From: Chlorokybus atmophyticus
Taxonomy: Eukaryota > Plantae > Mesostigma and Chlorokybus algae
NCBI GenBank assembly: GCA_009103225.1
Contig: RHPI01002090.1
Location: 579,311-643,310 of the forward strand
Reading direction: 5' to 3'
DNA length: 64,000 bases
Shown here in pieces: positions 47,312 to 59,352 of the stretch. A program made the position numbers and the translations under genes. Under the pieces are notes generated by a model that made no database searches, was not told the origin of the DNA, and was given only the letters and a program-made list of their open reading frames with translations. The first letter of the stretch is position 1. Each line of letters starts with the position of its first letter.

Positions 47312-50300
47312 ATGAGCATGGGAGCTGCCACACCATGCTTGGGCGGCAGTGCTGCCGCCGTTCGCCACTGCTTCTTCTATTCGTCGTTCCGGGGTATAGC
47401 TGCCGCGGTGCTGCTGCTCATCCTCGCCGGTGAGAGGCCGCAACCGAACACACACTCTCTTTCTAACTCTCTCCACGCAGCTGGTGCTGCGTTGTCGACT
47501 GTGACAAAGGCCTGGCTGGCTAGCTAGTTTACTGGCATGCCGTGCTGTTGCATGTTTGATGCTTTTACGCGGAAGTAGGTGAGTTGCTGCATGTGTGCCA
47601 GCTGTCAGGCGGGTGTTGTGCTCTGTCTGTCGCTGTCCAATGGGCAGCCAGTGCGTTTGCATGCACAGTAAACATACAGGAATTTACGGAACCTGTCTAC
47701 ACCATCTCCATTGTCGTCTGCATGCGGCCGCCCGCATAGTGCCGCATCCCCTGCTTTTCAACCATGCTGCCTTCTGTCAAGTTGTCTGTCATGCTGCACA
47801 GATGATAAAAAGTCAGTGCGTGTGCAGCAGTGGTTGTTGGTTGCAGTGGAGTCCAATGTAGTCACTTCATGGCTGTCTATTGTGTGCATGCAATCCACAA
47901 ATCTCTCCAATCGAACCAACTGGACACTGTGCTTTTCCAATTGCAGTTGCGATTGTGGGTGTGGTGGACGCTGGTGATTGGCCCGCGCCAGGCAGCCGGT
48001 GCTTTGTTGTCACTCACGACAATACGCTGCGGGACTTTGTATCCTGGTCATATAATTATGCCCTTGTCAGCCAGCTAGACCGTTTGCGATGATGTTGACA
48101 ATGGCAAGAGTTTGCATGTCCTGGAGGGTTTGCATTTGTGCGCAGCGTGTTGCAGTTCATGCTGAGACTTTACGCCTATAAGTTGTGCCTGCACTCCAGA
48201 TATTGCACTTGCCCTATGCTTGCTACCTTGACTGCGCACGTGCAGACGGAACAGATTGGCAGAGAATACCAGTACGCTGACGAGGTAGCGAGCAGCATGT
48301 AATTGCCTGATGCAGCGTCTATTTCACTTGCGCGTTGCAGTCTTCAGTCTCAACTTTCCATGTTGCCATATAGGCGGGCTTGACATTCACGCTCAAGTTC
48401 TGCAAGAGCGTCCTCGTCAGGTCGCACAAGGTGACTTGGGCAGTTGTCAACTGAGTGCTCGACTAGTTGATACATTGTTGTCGCCCCGTCCGCGCTAGCT
48501 GCTGTATGTAAGCGGCGAGCACGCCTCATGCCTGTTGTTGCCCTGTAGGAGATTGTCAGCTTCGGCGCCTACTCTCGCTTCTTGCCAGTCACCCCCGGCG
48601 TGTTCCGCCAAGTGCGCATGCGTTACTTTGTTGCACTGTTGTTCAAGTAACTAGCACTGTTATGCGGTGATGGATACTGACAATGTTTGTGTCGGATTCG
48701 ATGAAATTTGCATTTGCCATCTGCAATGCAGGAGTACACTGATGGCGATGTCAGCCAGTGCGAGGACTTTGTGCCGCAAGCCTTGGGACGCGATGCGAAG
48801 GTGCAGCATCGCTCATTTGGTCGGCTGCTTGCATGTTCATGTCTTCACACTCAAGTCGCATGCAATGAGACATATTGTGCCTCGTGCCGGCGCACAAACA
48901 CACAGGTTCACGTCCTTTGCGGCGGATGCCCTAATGGCACCAGCTGCGGCAATAGCAAAACGACCAACTGCATCTGCTCGGCGAAGCTCACTAGCGGGAA
49001 CTGCAGGTATGTACTTGCGTTTGCAGGGCGAGCAATGCTCTGGTTTTGCTTGGTACTATAAAAGGAACTCATTGTGTCGTGCACTTCAACACCAGTGCTG
49101 AGATCACAGTTGCAGCCACATGCCCGCAACGGGGCCGGAGAGTGGATCCCAACTTCAGTATCGGCTTGACTCCTGGCGGCCGAGAAGTGGTAACTGCATC
49201 TGCTTTGCAACAGCTGTAGCACTGCAATGTATGATATGAGTTGATACGTGTACAGTCCCATTGAGTAAGCAACCCTCCTCTACTCTTGCAGGTGGATAGT
49301 GGTGTTCCCAACTGGGCATTCCATCCAGACTCTAACTTGTACACCAAGTACAGGTGGGCTGCGTATCACCCGTTGCTTAATACACCTCTAGCAGCTTATT
49401 GACAATAATGAGCAGAGAAGAAACACCAGATTGCGCACGCAGTGAGACGTTGACTTGTGCAGCTTCGCGCCCGATCACCGGCGCGTCTATTTGTACATGT
49501 CGAGCGACTCGCTGAACCCGCCCACAACACTGCCGGCACAGTTTGTGGTCAGTTGTCTCACCTGTGTTTCAAGGACATCGGTTGATGGTCGGGCTTGCAC
49601 GACTGCAATGCACATACGACCTTTCTGCAGGTGGACCCGGCACTTGCACTCGACGTGCAGCTGTTCGGGTCTGGATCAAGTGGTGGCGTGGCGACCACAA
49701 CACATCCACTGATATTGGAAGTCCATTGGCAATGTAAGACACAGAGACAAACGTCATTACATAACCACTTCTGCATCACTGCTTGTTACTTGGTTCTTCC
49801 CAGGTCGCAAATGGACTGCGACCGCTGTTGCTGTGAATGTCACGGTTCCCATCATGGCCCAGGGTGAGCGCGCGTACACTGAGGTGGCATTCATCCTCGG
49901 CAAGGAGTGCGGTGAGCGCCTGTCAAGGAGTAGTGATGCCAGAGTCTCGTGTCTTGCACGCAAGTGTGCATGTCTGTGGGCTTGGGTGCTTGTGTTTTAC
50001 ACCAGACGCCTGACAGAGTGCTTCCTGATGCATTGTAGACAGGGCTCAAAGTAATGAATCGCGTTGCCGTGTAAGCGGGTGGGAGCGCTTCGGCATATTG
50101 GCCCTTGTGTAAGAACTGGTTATGATGGTGCAGAGGTTTCGACCATTTTAACATTAATGTTTTTCGTTGGCCTTGTCCAAGGAGTGGCTTATGTGGTCAT
50201 TTCAGGGGTATTGTCATAACCCTCACGCTGTGCTGCTTCGGGTTTGGACTGAACGTTTACGCACATGATAAGGTAGCGTGGTTGCATATTTATGCTGCAC

Positions 50301-50781
50301 TTTTTGGTTGCTCAGTTGCAGCATGTAACACATGACATCACGGTGCCGACCTGAGGTGACACACACCCATGAACAAAGTAACCTTACCAGATTGGTTGTG
50401 TGCAGCATGGACTGGATGCGCTTCCGTGCTTAGGCACAATCTCAATGTGTCTAGAAACGGTACCTGTTGATGGAGTGCTCAGCTGCCATGCGCAGCAGTT
50501 CCCTGCTGTGTTTGTAGATACTAACCAATGGGTAACTGGCTGGTGTGCAGCTTAGCGGTGCTGGTCCAGGGTACAGAGACTACAGCCGGGCGCACATCTC
50601 GCGGCTGCCTCACCCCGACATCTCTGCGCCACCATACCAGACAATGGCCAACAGCTACACCCGCAGCAACTCAAAGCGAGGAAAGCGCAAGGAGCCGAAC
50701 CAGCAGCAGCAGGTGGCAGCGCCACCCGCTGCACCCGACATTGCGACCACGAGTAGCGGCGTAACATACGGTACGGTGTGA
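47312..50781 (+). CDS. Type I membrane protein, At4g36440-like (Cys-rich luminal domain), >12 short exons
   Basis: Signal-like N-terminus, CFVV...RDFVSW, LKFCKSV, EYTDGDVSQCE...LGRDAKVHVLCGGC, LEVHWQC, FILGKEC, a TM segment and a cytosolic tail. The family match is from recall. Confidence 0.72.
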
Positions 50782-51591
50782 GCTAGTCAGTGGGTGCATT
50801 GGAGTGGGAGAGTAGCTATATGGTTGTTCCTTTACGGACTGCGCAACAAGGTAATGCAGTTTTTGAGATTCACAGGTTGAACACAGCGCAGCTAAAGGTT
50901 GGTGTACAACCACATGACTGCAAGAGGCGTTGATGTGTAAATGTAGCGAGAGGTTTAAATTGGTTTGTGTGATGTATTGTACGCATGGAGGGATGCAGGG
51001 CAACGCGAGGAAAGCCTTGAGAGGCATTAATCCGTTGTTACGCTGTGATAGTACCAAAGTATGTGCGTCTGGTAACATGTCTGTCATTTGACCTTATGGT
51101 GTTGAGCGAGCGGTTGCAGTTGCATTCAAAGCAAGTGGTGGTTACTTTTGTGTAAGCTCACATTAGACTGCGATGTGAAGCGATGTAGACTTTCGTCTAA
51201 TGCAAAAGGAGGTAGCATCCACTTCAATTGATGTATGCTCCATGCGATATGAAATCGCCTGACATAATGTACACCATCATATAATACGCCGTACTTTAAC
51301 CAATCCAATCGCATGGAAGCTGACGCAGCATCATCGATTACGTGAACATGGTAAATTGCAATATGATGTACAAACGCCGAGGTATCAAAGTTGGCGCTGA
51401 AACTAACATTGCAAAGCACTATGCGCCTAGTAGGCGCCAGATACAAATTGGTGAAGCTAATACCTTGACATATCTTATATTAGCACAATATGGTACCGTG
51501 CACATGAATTGCATGACATGATATACCACATGTTGATGGTCTTTGTTGCAGGCACACGACATCATGATAAACGTCAACTCAGCATCGAAGA

Positions 51592-51942
51592 GTGATGAGT
51601 GCAAAGGTGAGCGTCTCAACAATGTGCATATGCATATGTAGCATCACATGTTTTGCAACTCATGTGCTGTGCCGATGCGTATTGGGCGACATGGATGGTG
51701 GACCCCACACAACACAAATTTGTGGCTTGGGGAGCTCGAAGGCTGCCAGCCACCAAGAAGTTCGCAACGGGGTGAAGGAATGCTGGGACAACATGCCCGC
51801 CAGCATCATATGCAATGCCTTGCAAAAGGCGGGCTTGAGCATTGCACTGGATGGCAGTGAAGATGATCAAGTTGTTGAGCCGGAGGATGAAGCGGGTCAG
51901 GATGACATCAACTACCGCTTGATGAGCAACATCACCTTTTAG
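51592..51942 (+). pseudogene. pogo/Tigger transposase C-terminal fragment
   Basis: VKECWDNMPASIICNALQKAGLSIALDGSEDD matches the typical pogo C-terminus. Confidence 0.75.
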
Positions 51943-52481
51943 GCAGCGTACAACAGTAGCACTGATGGCAATGACAATGATGCTTCATTTATCAGCGTTA
52001 CTAATGTTGTTGAGGTAGCCATTAGCATCAGCAATAATGGTCATAACGACTGATTGTTACCCAAGAGTTGTTAGCTTGACATGCTTGTTGCGATGCGTGA
52101 TACAAGTCGCTCTTATAATTGATGTGCAGTTCAGTGCAGCTCGCACGTATGCTTGTGTGCACTTTCAATAATTGAACAACATAGCACAAGCAGTGGACTT
52201 CAATGCATGCATGTGTAACAGCATGAGGCAAGCTTCCTCCTCCCCCCTCCCAAATATAAAAAGGGCGTGAGGGGGTACATGCGAGGGAGGGGCTGCGCAA
52301 ATCCCCCCACCCACATTCCAAGGGGGGTACACAGATAGGGGGGGGGGGGGCTCAGATCGGGGAAAATATGGTAGATATTGTACACAATATTACGATACCA
52401 CGACGCCAGAACCACTTATTGTAGGCATGCGCTGAAGCGTAATGCGCTTCAGCGAATGCCTGCGATATTAAATGTATCGTA

Positions 52482-52673
52482 CCGTGTTCACCCGATCATA
52501 ATGCCCCCCAAAGTAAAACAGCCCCCCCGCTTTCGGGGGGGCACTGTATTCGCGGATATGCAATTCCGCAGAGAAGCCGTTTACAGCATCCCTTCGAATA
52601 CAAGAGCCCCTCTTGAAAATCTAAAGGGGCAATTATATAAAACAAGGGGCACTGTGTGGTCGGGTAATTACGG
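52482..52673. mobile_element. pogo-family MITE or element end (~190 bp)
   Basis: TA|CCGTGTTCACCCGATC...TGCCCC and GGGGCA...GTCGGGTAATTACGG|TG are imperfect TIRs. Internal GGGGCA repeats. Confidence 0.6.
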
Positions 52674-52737
52674 TGCATTGGTTTTCAATTCAGTTCGGAT
52701 TTGAAACCTGGTTATGAATCATGAGACTTACTAAGTA

Positions 52738-53291
52738 CAGTCTACCTTCAATATACTGACTACGAATGTATTGGGACATTTTGTCACCACACGGAGATGT
52801 TGTTCCTTCGATGTAATGATAGATAATCACTATGGCGCATTAATGCTGTACAATGACAGTCTGTCATTGCAACGAGGGATTTGCTACCAATGTACAAACA
52901 TTTATTATATACAATGCAAGATATGCATTGGTTTAGAGCCGGACATACTGTGACAATTGGTTGCTACATATAAATTCTTATCTCATTCCTTGTAGTGACA
53001 ACTAGTCATTACAGCGAGGTACGGACACATCTGTAACAATTGTTACTACATAAAAATGTTTATGTCATTCCATGTAGTGACAACTAGTCATTACAGCGAG
53101 GTATGCAAACCCTCATCAATGCATTATATCTATATATAGTGACGTTTCCTCCTGGCACCGATTGTCCTTACATGGAGTGTAATAGTTATTATAAAGGTGG
53201 AAAACTGCCTCTTGTAAAACGGTTGATCAGCATTTTGTCACTGCTTGGAGGGTGTCGTAAGAACGAGTGTGATTACAGCGAGGGTAGACTG
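52738..53291. mobile_element. pogo/Tigger-like MITE (~550 bp)
   Basis: TA|CAGTCTACC...GGTAGACTG ends. Three copies of ATTACAGCGAGG, and a duplicated TAGTGACAACTAGTCATTACAGCGAGGT. The right TA is missing. Confidence 0.65.
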
Positions 53292-53340
53292 CCAGGCACC
53301 TCAACACTTCATGTGCGAACCGTGCCCATCGTGTTGTCCC

Positions 53341-53395
53341 TTTTTCAAAAGCCCGGAGCGGATTTCAAATTTTTGGCGCTCGCTGCAGACCGTTG
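53341..53395 (+). promoter_or_regulatory. Cell-cycle promoter motif cluster (CHR-like x2, E2F, MSA/Myb)
   Basis: TTTCAAA at 53343 and 53363, TTTGGCGC at 53372 and GACCGTTG at 53388, all within 130 bp of the KNL1 ATG. Confidence 0.55.
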
Positions 53396-53471
53396 TGTCG
53401 GAGTGACGGCCAGTGTGGGCGCCGCGTGGCTGGCGGCGGCGGCGGGCGGGTGTCTGCACGGGGGCTGAAGG

Positions 53472-56400
53472 ATGATGGAGCGCAAGAGGCATTCTGTAAC
53501 AGGCGCGCTTGGCGCTGCTGTCAAGCCGCAGCAGCTGGGCGTGCAGGGGTTCGACAACAAGGAGAACGTCGTCCAGGTCTCCACACCCACCTCGGTAACA
53601 ACACCGAACTGCTTGATGGTGGTCGTCATGCTCGCACAAACCCTAGTTGAGTGATTCAGGTCATGAAGTTGCGCTTTGTCTTTGGCAAGAACTTGCCTGC
53701 CATGCAGTCTGATGTGCAAAGGCTGCTTGCCCGTGGTCAGCATGCTGACGATAACCACCGGTGTTCATGCATGCCACTCATCATGGTTGAGTTCTGCAAG
53801 TTGCTCTGCAAGCTAACACTCAATCTGCTAGCGCATCACTCTTAGTGCGTTGCACTCTACCTGCTAGCCTAGTCGACTCCGCCACTCTGCATTTTGGCTG
53901 CCCAACAACATACAACCCCCAACCAACATATGAACGCACGGACGTATAATAACTACTTAAGCGCCAATCCAACAACACATCAAAGCACTCATTTTCAATG
54001 TCACATGTCTGATATGCAGATACTCAAAACGATGACGCCGTTGGAGTCGCCTGCACGCAAGCGTGGGCGTCGCTCACTCGGTCGTCGAGTGAGTTTTGCG
54101 GAGAAGCCGCAGATCCGTCACTTTGAGAAAGACGAGGACTACGAGACGCCGCCTGAAAACCATCAGCATCACCACCACAACAACAAGGACAACAGCCACA
54201 ACCATCAGCACGTCATCCGCGGCAACAACCTGTTTGAGCATGCCGTGTCCCCGCCTCGCATGGCTGCCAACAAGAGCGAAGCCGCGGAAGAGGAGAAAAG
54301 CCCTCCTTTGCACTTTTACTCACCCGCTGGGCACCTTGCAGCCGGGTAAGATACAATTGCAGGGTGGAGTTATTGTTGTTTTTGATGTGATGCTTGCATT
54401 GCTGCTGCAGTCATGTTGCTATTTCATGTTGTTGTATGTCAACAAGCTTTCAAGGTTTGTGTTGTAAAAGCTCACAGTGCAAAGCGAGCAGCTGCGTCAT
54501 GTGACCAATCCCAACTGTTTTGCGACTGACAGAGCGGTCAGCGATGACGAAGCTACCATGACCGGTAAGGTGGAGCTGCCGGAACCCATGGAGGTGGTGA
54601 TTGAACCCATGGAAGAAGACCAAACACTACCACCACAGCCGAGCGCAGCTGCTGCAAGCATACCCGTTGCAGCAGCAGCAACAGTCCCTCCTCAACCGGC
54701 CGCGCAGGTAGAATCTCACAATCATGTTGTCCATGCCACTGCGGTGCTTGTTTGAGATTGTGACTTGCGGTTTGTTGCATTGCAGCAGCAGCAAAGAGTT
54801 GCTCTGCAAGATGTGACGGCAGCAGTCCCGAGCTTGTCGCAGATGGCGCTAAACGACTGGACGCAGCACATGGATCAGCCAACACCATCTGATGAAGGTG
54901 TGGCTCTCAAGCCCAGAGCAACCATTACCTGTGTATTGGTTGCCCTGGTGGACACAGTCGTTCTGATCCCAATCTCTTGCAGATGACATGAGCATGGACG
55001 TGCACAAGCGTCTGGAAGCCGAGTCTGACATGGATGTGACACACGCCATTCCCAAAGACGTGACGGCAGGTTTGCCGTCGCTTGCGCAGCTCGCCAAAGC
55101 CGATTGGATGCTCAGCGCGCGGCACAGCCTCCCGCCTGCGCAGGTAAGCATGCGTGCACAGCCTTCACCCAGTGCACATTAACGTGCAACATGAGTGTAA
55201 CCACTGCAACAACTGCAGGTTGCGAAGCCCTTCCCTTGGGAGCAGAAAGCGCACAACCCGCGCGCAACGACACAGCCCACACTGCACGATGTGGTATATG
55301 CACTCTCCATGGTGACTGGTCGCAACATCTAAAGCACAGGCGTGCACGCACGCACACACACACATCAACACGCACACATTGGTGCTGTGTGTGCGCAGAG
55401 CAAAACCCTGCACCCGGGCACGGAGGCAGTGACAGGTCACAGCACGTGCATGCCGGCGGGCACCTCCACACACACAGCAGGTGGCGGAGGAGGTGGAGGC
55501 GGAGGGCCGCAGGGTCGATTCTCCCTGGGACCTCAGCTGAACGACTGGACCGAGGACATCACCCTCACGGGCCTCACGGACCGGCTCTCCACGCTCACGC
55601 GCAGACGCATCTCCGAAGCGCACGTCGCCGCCACCACGTGGCACAACACGGTGAGGGGACTAACCAACCATGCCATGGGTGTGCCATGCGTGCATGAGAA
55701 GCGTACCGGCTGATGTGTGCGTGTGCCAGGCGGCGGCTTCTGCAGCAGCACAGGACAGGACGTTGACGGGAGAGCTGCCGGCGTGGCTGGCGCCGGAGCC
55801 CGGTCGTGCCATGCAGCGAGGCCTGGGAGACAACACCGCGGACCTGACCGTCACCACGAGAATGCTCATGGCTCGCGCACAAGTAAGCCACACTCAAGAC
55901 CAGTTCCACCCGTGCATCCACACGCCAATGCCACTCGTGTTGTGAGTTGGAGGAACGTTTCTCCTTCATCTCCTTCATGTGCACAACAGGAAATGGCTGC
56001 CGGGTGCTACAATCGTAGCAATGCAGCAAACGCGCCAGCGCCATCAGTCCCTGTACTTACTGACGAGCGGAACAACAATGCTGCGATGCAGGACGCGTCT
56101 GCGCCTGGTCTCATCGACCTGGCAGCAGAGGCAAGCTTGTACATGTTGGCTGCCAGGCATGTTGATGATGCCCACATGAAATGAGAAAGTAACCCACAGA
56201 ATGCTATGCAGGACACAGACGGCAACCTCGTTGCTTTGCGCAACGACATCCTCAGCACCGTGGACAGCCCCGTTGCTTCCAAAGAGCCCCTGACACTGGA
56301 GTCATTCATTCGGCTTGCAGAAGTCAGACACACGACTTGGGCATCACGGCTGTAGACCAAATATGTTGGCTTGTCCATCTAACACATGGTGTCGTCTTGT

Positions 56401-56598
56401 GCAGGTGCAGTTTCAAGAACAAGAGCTGCCATCGTTGCAAGAGAGCGGCCTTCACACTGGCGGAGCACGCGCGGCAGCACCTGCTGGCCTTACTGACTGC
56501 TTGCAGCTGCTGTGTGTCACAGAGCCCGAGGTGCGTGTTTGGTTGTCATGAGTCGATGGGTGGTAGAGAGGTACGAAGTGAGCGCAAGCTCACTATGT

Positions 56599-56645
<47 letters not shown>

Positions 56646-58936
56646 AGGTGTGCGCATATGAGTTTGGCTGCTCCAACATGCACGAAACGGCAACGCGCAA
56701 AGCGGAGTCAATCAGCCAGATGGCAGAAGCGCTGCAGGCAGACAACCCTGAAGCATTCACCCGCTTGCAGGCAAGTTGTCCGACGAGCAGCAGCAACTTG
56801 CTACTCACGTCTTGACTGCTTGTTGACGTTGTGTTCGTGGGACAGAATGCGCGTGGTGATGACCTTGTGGCCATCCGCACCCAGCTGCAAGCAGTACAGT
56901 CAAGCTGCACGTGAGTGAGCCTCTTGCCAGCAGATACTCTGTTGCGCGTGGGCAAACTACAAATATTATATGCCAGGTTGGAGGCCAGGAACGCATGGCA
57001 AGAATGGCGCAAGAAGCTCGAGCTGCGTCTCAACACGGCTCTCAGCGAGAACCTGCGCCTACTTCAGGTTTGTTTTGTGCAAATATAAACAACTTGCAGC
57101 ATGCCGACCGACACATCAAACACACTGATGCCTTGAATCTTGCGCAGGAGGATGCGGAGGCTGTCGAGCGCAGTGTCGAGTGCGCGGCCGAGCTTGCTAG
57201 CTCGGCTTCCAACCTGCGTACCAAGAGTGACAATGCACGCATGCAGCAAGAAGGACAAGTGCGAGCGAGGATCGAGCAGCTGCACAAAAGCATCATGGAG
57301 CAAGTATAGTGTTGGTACACGTTACACCTACTGCATGGGTTGGCCGTTGCTGATAAGTTGGCTGTGTCATGCAGAGGGCAGCTGCATCTGAACAAGAAGC
57401 TGAGCTGCAGAATGAACAAAAGGCGTGGACAGAACTGTCCACACAACAACAGGTGCAAACAACACTGTGGGCACGCCACGTTGGTGCCCCCCCCCCCCCC
57501 CCCCCNCTGCAGGCGCTTGAGGTCGAAAGAGAAGCGTTGCGAGCTCGGCTTGATGCCATCGAGTGTGCCACCACCGCGCTGCCACGTCACGGAGGAGATG
57601 TGGACAACAGTGCTGCTTCTTGTGACAGCCGCGACGAGCAGCTGCAAGAGCAGCTCGTCGCCCATGAAGAGATGCTTGACTTGCTCTTGGGGCTGCCGGT
57701 AAGCGTTGACATACTACCACAAACTGTCTTGCTGCGGTTGCGTCTTACAGCAACTATGTGTAACAGGGCTGGAGCCTGGAGTGTGAAGATGCTGGTGGTG
57801 CACATGTGCAGCGGGTGCTTCTGCGGTTTGGGTCAACAGGATTTTGCCTAAGGTGCGTGGCACAGCACTCACAGTTACACGCTGTCAATAGCAAAAACAA
57901 TTGTACAGTGACACCAAAGGTGGCTTGAGAGCAAAGCATGCTTAATGTGGTATGGCTGATGCACACGACGTTTTACTGTGGAAACAGACTTGACTTTGAA
58001 GGCGACGGTGCTGCAGCGATGTATAAGGGTGCACTTGAGTTGCTTCCCGCACCGTTGGATGCCACTTCAGTAAGTTGTGCGCCTGTCGGATAGTGAACAT
58101 TCTCTGCAGGCCAACTGCTGACTGCTGATTGTATTACAACAGGGTGACAGTACTTTGTACACGCTGCTGACCCAACCTGGAGCACCGCACTTCTGCGCTC
58201 TGCTCTTGGGATTGGATCCGACTACAGTTGAGACTTCGACGCATGCACCCAAGCAAGCATGCTTGCTGACAAAGTGGCACACGACACAGCTGGCACACGT
58301 GTACGCTGCTGCGCAGGTGAGCCCATACTTATATGTGACATGGTTGCAGTGCTACCACTGCGTCATGCCCGGGTGACAAGAGATTACTTACGTGCTGTCG
58401 GTGAATGCAGGATGTTTCCATCGGTGTTGCAAGGATTGCAGAGCTGCTGAGGGACGTGCAAGAAAGCCGGCACGCTTGCCCGATGCTGTCTTGTGTTTCG
58501 CTGCAGGCCTCTGGTACCTTTCATGCCCTACATGTTGATGCATGGCAAAGCTGGCATAGTTGCAAACGCACTGACCACCACTGCTTGTCTAGACTCTCGC
58601 GCTTGCCTGGATTTGACATTCACGGACCATGAGAGGCACACCCGTTTCACTGCCACCGTTGCAATCCCGTCAGAAGCGCGGTATGTACATGCTCGACTAT
58701 CAAGTTTGTTGCACAATGCTTTGGCAATTGCAGAGCTGAGATGCGAGTGCTGCATGGGCAGAGAGTCCTACATGTTGGTCGCTGAGCTGGACGTAAGCAT
58801 CCATGTTCGATATTGCGAGGGTGACAACATGGAGATGCTGGCGTCAATGTTGCTCCACGCTGCCAAGGGTGTGCCTTCTGGTGCAAAGCGCTTGCAGCGC
58901 TTGTGTGCAGCCATGACCTCAGCAGTTCAATCGTGA
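53472..58936 (+). CDS. KNL1: Kinetochore scaffold KNL1/Spc105/Spc7, multi-exon
   Basis: SILK motif formed across the exon 1/2 junction (TPTS|ILKT), RRVSF, MELT-like DMSMD/DMDVT/DITLT/DLTVT, a Spc7-like region (LESFIRLAE|VQF...EP...YEFGC...DNPEAF), a coiled coil, and an RWD-like C-terminus. Confidence 0.88.
56598..56643. repeat. (GT)n microsatellite in a KNL1 intron, adjacent to the 3' splice site
   Basis: Directly visible. Confidence 0.98.
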
Positions 58937-59183
58937 CCGCGGTACTCGTGGTACGGGGGAGTCCGCAGTAGGCCTTTTAGGTGGAGCACAATGAGGTTAA
59001 TATTGTAGCGCAGGCAATGCGGCACTGTGATTGCTAGTTAGGTTGTTGTTCTCATTCTCACTGAGCCCCGACCATGTGTTCTCGCTTTTGTGCTACACCT
59101 GTCGTAAATTCATCGAGTTGGCTCAGGTTTGATCAAGGCCGCATGCATGTGAAGCCTGTCAGATTGGAGGCCCTTGCGTGCAA

Positions 59184-59214
<31 letters not shown>

Positions 59215-59352
59215 CATGCTTAGTTTGCAGCAGTACCAATGCCCTTATCAACCATCGCCATGACCACCTTTACACAAGACAACACCAAAAACACTGTACA
59301 TAACACCTGTTTATCATTAAATGCAAGTCGTCTTCTGAAAACCATCGCAGTA

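Noticed and set aside
52378-52704. 108-aa ORF as a gene
   Set aside because: It overlaps MITE TIRs and G/C runs, with no domain signal.
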